DNA from: Takakia lepidozioides
Lineage: Eukaryota > Plantae > Bryophyta
Length of the DNA stretch: 64,000 bases
Direction of reading: 5' to 3'
Assembly: GCA_030704615.1 (NCBI GenBank)
Contig: CM060734.1
Location: forward strand, 22,754,001-22,818,000
Below are positions 12,831 to 23,760 of this stretch, one piece after another. The position numbers and the translations under genes were made by a program. The first letter of the stretch is position 1. Every line of letters begins with the position of its first letter. The notes below the pieces were generated by a model. It was given only the letters and a program-made list of their open reading frames with translations. It made no database searches and was not told the origin of the DNA.

Positions 12831-14030
12831 TCAAACCTGCAGGTACCACTGCCAAGTTTGGGTCAACTCTGCCATCGACATTGGGAAGGTGACATGGCGC
12901 ACAATTACGCACATGGTCCTTCCAAGTCATGCCATCCCGACCCTCCAAGATCAGGACCCATGAGGGCAACACCTATCGAACCCTCAGAATAACACGCCCT
13001 GCAGTAACATCCAGAGTCGTAGGAGCAGTCTGCTGCAAATAAACATAGTCACCAGGGCTAAACCTCCGAACCCCAGGACGATATCCTCCACGACGTATAG
13101 TGGCATACCTCAACGTATCACGGTGCTGTGCAATGGCAAGGTTCTCAAAAGCCATGGGCATGACTTTCTTGAACAATTCTGCACGCTGATCACATGCACG
13201 TACCCACACGTCCGGATCGTCAAGGTTAAGGACTTGAGCAGTGTCCCTACGAATGGCTGCAGGCAAATCCAAAGAGAAGGAAATATGGTGTGAAGGAGGC
13301 AAGTGATGCTTGTTTGCTGAACCTGTAGCCCATGGCTAACCAAGGAACCTGAAGATCCCAATCTCCTAGGTGTCTCTTCTGCAAGCCATACTTGCGCAAA
13401 CCCCTCTTCACCGTCTGAACAACTCTCTTTGCCAAGCCATCGGCCTCAGGATGATCCCGAGAAGTGGTGCGGTGGTCTATCAAGGCTTTATCACACAAAG
13501 CCTGAAACTCCCCCAAGAACTCTCTCCCTTGGTCCGTGAGTACCTCAGCTGGAGCACCAAATTGGCTAAGCACACGATCCAAGAATGCATACGCAGCCCC
13601 CTCACTAGCCTTGTTAGGCAATGGAACCAACTCAATCCACTTGGAAAAGTGCTCCACCATCACCAACACATATCTGTGGTGGCGCATAGTCAGTGGCAAC
13701 GGTCCTGCGAAGTCAAGACTCCACCTGTAGCCCAATCCCATGATTGGTAAAGGATGCAACTGTGGTATAGGGGCGTTGAATGAAGCACGCACCCTGTCAC
13801 ACACCATGCACCTAGCCACGAACTGTTGCACCTCTGTATGCATACCACGCCACCAATACTGCCCCTGCAGTAAACTGTGAGTGTGTCGCACTCCAAAATG
13901 CCCCAACTCCTCATGGGCATGCCGCACTAACCGTGCACGCTGTGTGGGGTGAGGCACAATCCTCACCCAACCATCCTCCCACACTTGAAATAGGTGTATC
14001 CCCTCCCACTTAAACCTCTTGGCTCGTTAT
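12831..14030 (-). pseudogene. Retroviral-type DDE integrase
   Basis: HHCC finger (AHEELGHFG..CMVC), WSLDFAGP, VLTDQGREF, HPEADGLAKR (catalytic E mutated to K). Frameshifts and a stop downstream. Confidence 0.95.
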
Positions 14031-14405
14031 AGGATCTGATCCATCTCCCTGGCAGTCACAGTGGCTGTCGTGTCTCCCGTGTGGAGGTAGTCCAACACAG
14101 CCGAATCCTCATGTATATCTCTGGCACCACCTGGCTCATCACTAGCCTCAGGGTCCTCAGACACTCCGTCTACAGTCATCCATGTTGTAGGTCCAACCTG
14201 ACCTCCCGATGCCAAGATACACAAAAATGCAGATGCGTGCCATCCCGACATCATCTCCTCGTCCGTCTCACCATGCCACTGAGCTCCAGTGTCAACTTGC
14301 TGGCTCGTGCATGGATTGCGACTCAATCCATCCGCATCCCTATTGACCAAACCCGGTCGATGCACAACCTGAACATGTCTCTCATGCTCCTCCACCGTAG
14401 CACGA
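14027..14405 (-). pseudogene. Fused remnants of RT and RNase H after large internal deletions
   Basis: ATVEEHERHVQ (segment that follows YxDD in Ty3 RTs) is joined directly to VVHRPGLVNRDADGLSRNP (RNase H C-terminus). No YxDD is present. Confidence 0.8.
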
Positions 14406-14869
14406 GAGGCAAAGCAATTCCTGCAAGCCTCAGGAACCGCCGTATATGTCGTCTCTCTCCTCTAGTGACAATAGGTCCAATATCAGGCTCTCAATTGTCC
14501 TCCGTAACTGCAACCTTAAGTCCAGCAGACTTAGAGGTAGAGGACGCGTCCCGTGGTTGCTATGCTGCAACCTCTTGAGCAGTACTCTCTGCCTGCTCAG
14601 TCAATGACAAGACCTCATCCTGCCCCATCATCTCATCATTGAGGACCTCCTCAACCCGAGAAGAATCCCCAACCTCATCTATCACAGCCGCCTTGGCTGC
14701 CAACTCCCTCTGAACCTCGAGCACCTCCCACGTGTGCCATGGATGACTACGCCCTGTGGTCCTCACCGGCTCACCCCCACTCACTGCCTGTACCGTCTCG
14801 GTAGGCAGAGAGACCATTGAGGGAAGTGTACTCCGCACTCTGCGTTGCTCAGCCATAGACAAGCTGATA

Positions 14870-15795
14870 ATCCAGGTCAAGCAATTGAGATCTATTGCTT
14901 GCCCCAACACTTGACGATGTGATGCCTCAGAAAGAGACGACACCGCCGTGGTACCAGTGGTAAAACCCATTGCCCGCTCACGCTCGTCAGCATTAGGCTC
15001 CACTAACTGCTGCAACTGAGCATCCCACAGGAGGCCAGGTCCACTATCTCGGAAAGCATGCGATCCTGGGAAGCTGAGCAGTGTAGGTAATGCTGCTCGT
15101 GGTTGACCCACCTTGTTGACCACTGCCAAAGGCGAACGGTCATCGTGTCTCACACGCTGAGACTGCCTCCCTGTGTCCAGAATGCTATCCACTGTGAGAT
15201 GTGCTGGCCGCTGCACCCCATCAAATGCACGCTTGAGCAGTGCGGGTGGCATCAAGTTAGTCCACCATAGCCGTGGACGATGAGCCCGTGACCCCACTGT
15301 AGTTGCATCTAGCAACACTGCTGACCCAAGCCATGACCGAACTTGATGCACAGTGGCCATCACCCTGGCCCGAGAATCGCCCATCAGTGGCACATTCTCC
15401 AAGATGTATGCTGGAGATACAGCTTGATGAAGCTGCAAGTGGCGCAAAACCCGCACCATCTCCCAAAACAGACCCGACCTCGAGTCTCGCAATCCATTGC
15501 CATGCCCGGCTGATGAATGCCCTTGGCAGGGCCAACCTGCCACTACCATATCAATGGAGCCAACCCGCTCCAAATCTTGCGCCCCCAGCAACGAAATGTC
15601 TGCTGACGAATTGCAGACACCGACAACAACTCAGGGTACCGCTGCACCAACTGAGCAACATGGCGAAGTGAAATGCGTCGTGTAGTCTCATCCCTCTCCA
15701 CATATAGGTAACGCCAAACTCGTACACTTGCCTGTAACACAGCAGCCAATCCGGTGCTGATCCCGCCAAACAAGTCCAGAAGACAAATGCCTTCA
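14870..15795 (-). pseudogene. DNMT3-like C5 cytosine DNA methyltransferase domain within pol (one frameshift near 15600)
   Basis: Motif I LDLFGGISTG, II YVERD, IV AGWPCQGHS, VI ILENV, VIII AHRPRLWWTNL, IX ERERAMGF, X RQVLGQAID, all in canonical order. Confidence 0.93.
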
Positions 15796-16184
15796 TCCGG
15801 ATACTGCCACACAATAGGTGTGGTGTCCAATGGAGACAACTGAGGTGGTCCTGGTGCAATCCCCGCACTCTCCTCCTCTCTTGACGGTACAAAAGCCTCC
15901 ACCCAGGCTTGTTGCACCCGTCGATCAGCATCCCGCTGCAAATCCTTGCTCGTGCCCCACAATGGAGTCTGAGCAACCATGGTAGGCAACTCCGCCATAC
16001 CATACATGTCATCCTGCTCTCCTGGAGGTGGCACATCCTCTGAATGAGCGTTGCCCTCAAGCAACTCTCTAGGCCAACTCACTGCCGCTGTGAATGCTAC
16101 TAGTGTCGGCATCTTGCCTCGCTGGGCAACCGCAACTCCTCCTATGAACGTCACAGGGAGCTGCACATGCCGGCCCTCCCCTGA

Positions 16185-16560
16185 CTACCATGCAGGCCTA
16201 TAGGAAGCTGACTCCTCCCAAAAATCCAGGGTGAAGCCCATGGGGTACAACACTGCCCCACCAACCAGGACATCGTATGAGACCGCGTCTGTCACAATGG
16301 CCTTGGCTCGCATCACTGAGCCATCTGTAGGGTGATCGGGCCGTAGTCTGATAGCCAACTCACGCCGTGTCATGCCCCGAGCCTGCTCCGATCCTCCCAG
16401 AGACGTCTGTATCTGGAAATGTCAAGGCTCCATATCCGCCTCCGTGAGGCCCAAGCCTGCAATAGCAGCTCTGCCCAGCATCAATGGCTGAGCTCCCGAG
16501 TCCAACAAGACCCGCAGTGGCCGGTACCTCTTGCCTGCCGGTCCACTCAAACAGAAAATG
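16185..16560 (-). pseudogene. Retrotransposon aspartic protease
   Basis: VLLDSGAQ active site and YDVLVG C-terminal motif; in-frame stop at 16422. Confidence 0.85.
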
Positions 16561-17346
16561 CCATCCTGGTTGTATAACATGACAACTCCAGGTGTCACCA
16601 TGGCGCGCTCAATGGCTGGCCTAGCTGGCAGCTCCATCAACCTGGCAGCTGCAGCTTGCCATGGCGCCGCCGTGGCAGTCTTGACCCTCAAATCCGAGGA
16701 TCCCTCCGGCACTACACCTCCCAGTATCTCCGCAGAAGATGAAGTAACCTCCCCACTCTCACAGAGTGTAGCTGCCAGCCTGAACACCTCAGCTGGTCTT
16801 ACCCCCGGCGTCGCAATCATGGTAGCCGAGAACAATGGAGCCTGGCACACAGATGTGGCCGCTCCTAGCAGCACACTAGCTGTCGTAGCCTTGGCAATAC
16901 TAGGTAGTGGTACTACCCGTGTAGCTCTCCCCAATGGCATAGTAACCTCCGCCTCGGTAACAGTCGGGCGAGAACTAGGTGCCATGGATGGCGTCGACAC
17001 TGTCTCCGCCAATGTGAATGACTAAGGAAGCCTAGCCTGATGGCTTGCTTCCCCACGCTGTGGATCCAACTCCACCTCTGCACCTCGTGGCTCAGGAACT
17101 CGTGCTGCTCCTCGAGTCACGGCTGCAGCAGACTCCACCTACACTAGTGGTAGTGCTGCTCCACACATGAATCCCATGCCTCCCATATCTCCTCCCTAGG
17201 AGCAGGAGGTGGACCATCCGGCCTTAGAGCCGGTACCACCTGAGCTATAGCCATGGCAGCGAGCCTCTGCTCTAGCTGCTGAAGCCGGTTGGCCAGCCTT
17301 GGTCAACCCCCTGACCACCGCGTCCTTGGCCATGTTGAGCTTGCCC

Positions 17347-18705
17347 TTAGCCTACACCTCGTCCTCTCTGGGCTGCTCCACCTCGCCCCCAGCCACCATT
17401 GTTCCCTTGGAACTGGCCTGGGCACAACTCAGGATGCAAACCATAACACTGGGCCTCTCGATGCCCGTGTTTGCCACAATACCCACACTGCAACTGTGCA
17501 GGCTGTGCATGTGCCGGCCCTTTGCCTCCCTCTGGGCAATCCTTCTTGACATGGGGTCCTCCACATGTCCAGCACACCACATCCGCCCGTTGTTGCCCAG
17601 CAAATGAAGGGAGAGACCCCTGCATCTAAGGTCCTCTCTGCCCTTCCCTGAGCTTCACCTGAGCCCCCTTGTTGCCTTGAGCACATTGAGGTAGTGGGTG
17701 GCTAGGAGCACCACTACCCCGTGGTGTCTCCTTAGCAAATCCCACCATGACCACTCGTTCCTCCACCATGTTGAGCTCTATCCGCTCTACCAGCAAAAAC
17801 ACATTTGCTAAGGTGGGTTGGGCCGCTTGTAGGAGAGTTGCATCCCGCACCCTTCTCCTCAGCTCCTTGTCCAATATCCCATTCCAGAATTGGACTGCCT
17901 GAGCTTCCGTAACCCCTTGGGTTACATTTATCAAGCGCCTCATGCGAGTGAAAGCCTCCCTCAAGCTCTCGGTCGGCTTTCGTTGGAACTCTTGCAAGCT
18001 CCGCAACTTCTTTGTCCTCACCCCTTGGTAGTTCCCTCTCAACTCTTCGAAGAACTCCACAACATGGTTGAAGGCAGGCACGGGTGCTAGTGCTGGTGCG
18101 GTAGTGGCTTGGGTGGACGTCGTAGCTACTGTACCACCAGTCCCACCAGTCCCACTGCTACTTGCTGAAGCTGCCGGTGCAGCGGCAGGTGTAGCCACTG
18201 CCCTCGTGGCTCTAGTGCCCCTAGTGATGGAGACATAGTCGGGTGACCAGTACATCCTCCACTCCTCGATCTCAACCTCATGCCCCCGCCTGAACTCATG
18301 GTAATCATCCATAGGCGGCCCCTCAAGGTGCTGAAACAGCCCCTTCCATGTCATGAAAGGCGTAAATAGTTGTGGATTGCGCATTTGCTGCAAATCACAC
18401 CAACTATCAAACTCTTGGATAAAATCATCCAACTCGATGGTGCCCACCGCCCCAGAGTACCTTTGTGGCCCCTTGGTAGCTCCATACATCTCCTCCATTG
18501 TGTCCCACAACAATGACAAAGAAACAACTTGCACCGCCGGTATGAGTCCTCCTGATTCACAATCCGAATCAGAACCTTCCATAGAAGACACAGGAGGTGA
18601 AGGTGGCCTAAACCGCACACCTCGTCTCGTGTACCCACTAGTATCGCTAGTGCTCAAACTGGCACTGTCCCCAGCAACTAGTGGCACCTCCGTGTTGACA
18701 CTCAA
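17347..18705 (-). pseudogene. Gag with two CCHC-type zinc knuckles
   Basis: LQEFQRKPTESLREAFTRMRRL..F..G capsid-like segment; CWTCGGPHVKKDC and CGYCGKHGHREAQC. Confidence 0.85.
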
Positions 18706-19399
18706 CCGGTCATGAACATGTCCCTAACCCCCTCTCCACAAGGTAACCGGGTAGAGAACCTGTTGCGGCTTAGGGTTTGGAATACTAAGTTCCTAACATA
18801 GCCTACACCTGTACCTGCATCCACCGCAAGCACTCCTATGGTTGGCTGGTCATCACCTCCAACCTCACCACATGAGAAACAATGATGGTCTGGCTGGTCA
18901 TCACCCCAGCCTCACCATCGACAGCATGCTCTAGGACTGGCCGGTGATCAAATCCGGACCAATCACCTATAAAAACAAGCGCCCACACAAAACTAGCATG
19001 GCGCACAGTCAAGCATGCAGGTATGGAGGGGATCCAAACACAAGAAATCAGAACGACAACTCCCCCACACCAAAAACAACTCCACGGTGTTGCTCCTGCA
19101 AGGACACCCCAGCCCAAACCCGGACTGACTCTTGCCTCCACCTACGGAAAGGTCTTGGCCTAATGAGAGGGTGGAAACTACGAGGAAGAGAAGCTAAAGC
19201 AATGCCTAACCCCAGCATGCCCTCATCCCAACACTCTTCCTCTCTTCTCTTCCCTCACTTGCATGACCATGGGAATATCATGAAGATACTCCTCAAACCG
19301 CCCTCCACGAGCTTCAAAATTCGGCCTTCAAGACCACATACCAGTCCTTAGGCAGTCCACCAGTGCCTCCACAAGTCAGCACAGGCCGTCCACAGGTCA

Positions 19400-20640
19400 A
19401 CACGGGCCACCACAGACCAACACAAGCCCACACAGCTCACAGGCCACAGCCTGTCACAGCCTTACACAGGTCACAGGGTCACAGCCTGTCACACCCCATC
19501 ACAACCTCAAAGGCCACAGGCACAGCCTGTCACAGCCCTACAAAGGTCACAGGGTCACAGCCGCAAAGGCCACAGCCTATGACAGCCCCTCACAGCCCCA
19601 TAGGCCACAGGGCACAGCCTGTCACAGCCCGACACGGGTCACAGGGGTCACAGCCCCAAAGGCCACAGCCCCTCACAGCCCCTCACAGCCCCACATGCCA
19701 CTGGGCACAGCCTGTCACAGCCCGCCACAGCCTGTCACAGCCCCTCACAGCCCGTCACAGCTCGCCACAGCCACACAGCCCGTCACAGCCCCACAGGGCA
19801 CAGGACACAGCCTGTCACAGCCCGCCACAGCCCCACAGGCCACAGGGCACAGCCTGTCACAGCCCCTTATAGCCCATCACAGCTCGCCACAGCCTGTCAC
19901 AGCCTGTCACAGCCTGTCACATCCCATCACAGCCCCACAGGCCACAGGGCACAGCCTGTCACAGCCCGTCACAGCCCCACAGGCCACAGGCCACAGCCTG
20001 TCACAGCCCGCCACAGCCCATCACAGCCCATCACAGCCTGTCATAGCTTGCCACAGCCTGTCACAGCCCGTCACAGCCCCACAGGCCACAGGGCACAGCC
20101 TGTCACAGCCCCGCACAGCCTGTCACAGCCCCTCACAGCCCGTCACAGCTCGCCACAGCCCCACAGGGCACAGGGCACAGCCTGTCACAGCCCCTCACAG
20201 CCCGTCACAGCCCCACAGGCGAGTGGGCACAGCCTGTCACAGCCCGCCACACAGCCTGTCATAGCCCCTCACAGCCCGTCACAGCTCCAAAAGGCCACCG
20301 GCACAGCCCGTCATAGCCCATCACAGCCCCCAAGGCCACCGGCGCAGCCCGTCACAGGCCCTCACAGCCCGTCACAGCCCCGAAGGCCACCGGCACAGGC
20401 CCTCACATGCCCTCACAGCCCGTCATAGCCCCGAAGGCCACCGGCGCAGCCCGGCACAGCCCCTCGCAGCCCGACACAGCCCGTCATAGCCCTGAAGGCC
20501 ACCGGCGCAGCCCGGCACAGCCCCTCACAGCCCATCACAGCCCCCAAGGCCACCGGCGCAGCCCGTCACAGGCCCTCACAGCCCGTCACAGCCCCGAAGG
20601 CCACCAGCGCAGCCCGGCACAGCCCCTCGCAGCTCCACAT
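19400..20640. repeat. ~1.2-kb CACAGCC/GTCACAGCC low-complexity array in the retroelement 5' leader
   Basis: Dense reiteration of cacagcc(t/c)gt and cacaggccacaggg units. Confidence 0.95.
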
Positions 20641-20952
20641 TGCTGCAGCTCCTTAACTTGGCCTGCAGCTGAAGAAGACGACCACCAGTTCACCCACTCG
20701 AGACCAGCATCTCCCCCGCTTCACACTAGAAGCCCAAACTTGGTTGCCATAGCGTTGAGCTATGCAACGCCGCTCTTCAACATAGGCTACCCGCCTCTCT
20801 ATCCATTGCAAACCTGCAACCTGTTCGTCTTTGCACTCTATCCACTTTGGATAGGCTCATGCACGGATCCCTGCACTCTAGGCTGAACCGCTTCTCATGA
20901 AAACACAAGTGCTACAAAGCAACTCGAACCTGGCACTCACAGACTCGAGCTG

Positions 20953-20964
20953 ATCTTTCTCGAG
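20953..20964 (-). other. Putative self-priming primer-binding site
   Basis: Sense CTCGAGAAAGAT directly after the CA of B2 is complementary to 21130-21141 within B. No TGG tRNA-type PBS. Confidence 0.65.
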
Positions 20965-21291
20965 TGATAAAGAAGAAGAATACAAGCACAAGCTCATGCG
21001 AGCTCACAAAGCTGAAGCATAAACTCATGCATATATAACCTCATCACTCAAATACAAGTCAAGCCAAGTGCACCCCACGCCATGGGGAATCCACACTACG
21101 GCGCCATAGCTAGGCGCGGTGAGGCTCAACTCGAGAAAGATGAGCCTCCCGCGCTTGCCGTGAAGATAACCACTCCAGGGCCTAAATCTGCCTTGACCCC
21201 TGGATTGACACTTGGGCCAATCCCAAATGTCAATATGTAAAAGCTAGCTATTTCCTAGCTAGTTTCACACTAGTGGTAAAATAACTTGACA
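20965..21291 (-). repeat. Terminal repeat B, copy 2 (327 bp; 5' end of element)
   Basis: TG...CA; direct repeat of 11970-12286; followed by TTAC TSD. Confidence 0.95.
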
Positions 21292-21304
21292 TTACGCTCA
21301 CGCC

Positions 21305-22093
21305 GTTTTCCTCATATGGCACAACGCAGTTTCGAGCCCGGTGGCTGGGCTTGCCGCATCTATTGCAGCAAGATGTGGATTTCTTGATGTGAAAGTTTCC
21401 GTGATTGGCCCCTCCTTCCTTTTGATGAAATTTCTTGAACTTCACCCAAAGTGTCTCATCCTCGTCACTGGTCTTCTTGCTCTTGAGCTCTCGTTGGGAT
21501 TCTTCATACAACAGCATCCCAGAAAGTTCTTCGAAATCCGGCAATTTTTCTTTGTAAGCAATCATGATTGATTGAGTGTAATGCTCGTATGAATCTGGAA
21601 GGGCATTCAGTACCATCTCTGAAAGAACATCATTCTCTATGGTTTCTCCAAAACAAGCAAGTTGATTCACCAAGTCAGTGACTGTGCCTAGAAAAGATTC
21701 CATGGAAGTGTCATCATCTTTTTTGAGAAGAGATAATTTCTTTATGATGTTGAGCCTTCTAGAGTTAGATTTGACCTCAAACACCTTTGCTAGATGATCC
21801 CATAGCTCCTCGGGGTCAGTTATACGACTCACTGAGGGGATAAGTCTGTCCTAGAGAGTGTCCCGAATAAATGACAAGGCTTTCCTCTGTTGTTTCTCAA
21901 ACAATTCTTCATTGTCCTCAGTTACTTCAAACTTGGAATCAAGAACATGAGAAATGACATCTCTCATCAGAAGATTCTTAACCTTGAAACTCCATACAAC
22001 ATAGTTAGATCTACCAACTAGCTTGTTTTGTTGAGAGAATCCTAATCCCATATTATCCCCGTTAGTAGTCATCGTGATTAAGAAGAAGAACAA
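21305..22093 (-). pseudogene. Ty1/copia gag (UBN2-like) with zinc knuckle, truncated
   Basis: KLVGRSNYVVWSFKVKNLL..ELWDHL..LNALPDSYE..CNRCGKPSHRARNC; one stop at 21851. Confidence 0.9.
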
Positions 22094-22478
22094 ATGGAAA
22101 GAAAAGAAACACTTTCTATGTTAGTGATGCATGTGTAGAAAGAGATTTTGCAACGTTAGTAGCAGAGGATTATTCGACAACCAAATAGTCGCAGGTTAGT
22201 ACAGAAGCAATCAGATCCTGCAGCCCCGATTTCAGCCCGCTTGCTATTGGTTTGGCATGTTGATGCCAAGGGTTCTATACAAGTGAGGATTTCTGAGAAC
22301 CTAAAAACATGGAAACCTATTCAGTCTTCTAACTTGCAAGCTCCATTTGATGTCACATAAATCAGGACAACTTAAGGCGCATGTATAGGTTCTCTGGTAT
22401 GTTGTGATCACAACACAAATAGTCAATCAGCACTGTAGCTCGCATCAGGCCAAAACCCTAGAGGAGGCACTGCATTCG

Positions 22479-23760
22479 CTACCCAAGTGCAAACTTGAAA
22501 GTAAACCAGTCCTTCGTGAAAGGTGTTCCTCTCTCTGGCTTTGCAGTCTTGGAGACATTTCCTCTGACTTTTACCCACTCATAAAACACTTGAATGAATG
22601 ACATGACGTAAAAGCCACACTCCCAGCTGAATGGTTGTTGGGGCACATCAGGCGCGTGGAACTGAAATGCTTGGACAATCTCATGCCATCCGGTGAGTCC
22701 ATCGAGTACCCTAAGCACTCAGCATGAAGCTTCTGAATCCACCCTAGAACAAAGGGACAACTATGCGAGTCCCTGATAAAGTTCAGGTGAGTGTAACAGC
22801 CCTTGCGGAGGTCGATGATACAAACACTCCAGTGCCCCCTGCAATGGTATCAAACAACATGGCGTCATTGCACAATCATGATGGGCAGACTCAGTAGACT
22901 AACACTCAGCAGACCGACCACTCAGCAGACTCAGCACTCACTAGACTCAATCTTCAAACCCAGTCCACTGCACAAATACAGAGGTCAACTTAATCGCTCA
23001 GAGTCAAGATGACACTGCGAAACCAAACTATGACTTAGGAGACAGTCTTAGCAGACTCGGAAGAGTTCTTACTCGTCCCCAATTGGCACCAAAATGAAAT
23101 CGCACTCTTTCAAGTCCTTGCCCAGTCGTCCAGTGCTGAGGCAACCTTTCAAGACCTCCAGAAGGCTTTCACGTTGCCCCACCCCCAATGACTTCAACAC
23201 CGTCCACGTCGACGTTGGAAGAACAGCAATAGTGTTGGTGAACGCAACCTCAACCGATTTCTCATAGAATTGACACCACAGCTCATACTGAACAGACTAA
23301 CGTCAACATGGTACCAAACACTCTATAGGCTGAACAGTTCATCAGACTGACAAAACTAATCACAACAGACAATGATGAAACTAGCAGCAGACTGACCAGC
23401 GAGCGGACTGACCACAACAGAGCGCAAAGCACTTAACGACAAAGAAAGACGAGGAGACTGAGCACAGTACTCACCTGTGCTGCTCCAGGAAATGACCCAT
23501 ATCTTTGTCCATGTCCAAGGCCAGCTTGCGGTTCTTGTTCATAAAGACGCCAGACTTTTTCTTCGCCGGTCCCTTGGTACTCGGACCCTCCTCGACCTCC
23601 TCAGCATGGTCGCTGCCGCCCTACTTTGCAACAGAGGCTGGTCAGCAGGTTTGTTTACACTTGCTGGACCTGTCTTTGCAGCTTCGTGGGTCGCATACGT
23701 AGAACTAACCCGCGCATTGGGGGACGTGCTCACCCCCACACCGACGGAGGGACGAACATC
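22479..23760 (-). pseudogene. Spliced Ulp1/C48 SUMO-protease-like gene associated with the MULE
   Basis: GT-AG splicing yields DFILVPIGDE|GHWSVCIIDL..HLNF and VPQQPFSWECGFYV. His, Gln and Cys are present; the catalytic Asp appears as Asn. Confidence 0.75.

Larger units (their letters stand above)
11804..21291 (-). mobile_element. Ty3/gypsy-type retroelement with DNA methyltransferase, PHD-integrase and split direct terminal repeats; non-autonomous (RT/RNase H deleted)
   Basis: TG...CA ends and TTAC TSD (11800-11803 / 21292-21295). Sense order is gag-ZnK-PR-DNMT-(RT/RH remnant)-IN-PHD-PPT. Confidence 0.92.

Noticed and set aside
14870-15795. Bacterial restriction-modification methylase, contamination, or host DRM gene
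   Set aside because: Embedded in pol between PR and the RT remnant, with DNMT3-type motif VIII/X wording, unpermuted motif order and no partner nuclease.
19363-20886. Several 125-190 aa ORFs
   Set aside because: Stop-free by-products of the CACAGCC array.
11804-21291. DIRS/Ngaro tyrosine-recombinase element suggested by the split repeats
   Set aside because: No YR motifs seen. It has an aspartic protease, HHCC/DDE integrase, TG...CA ends and a TSD.
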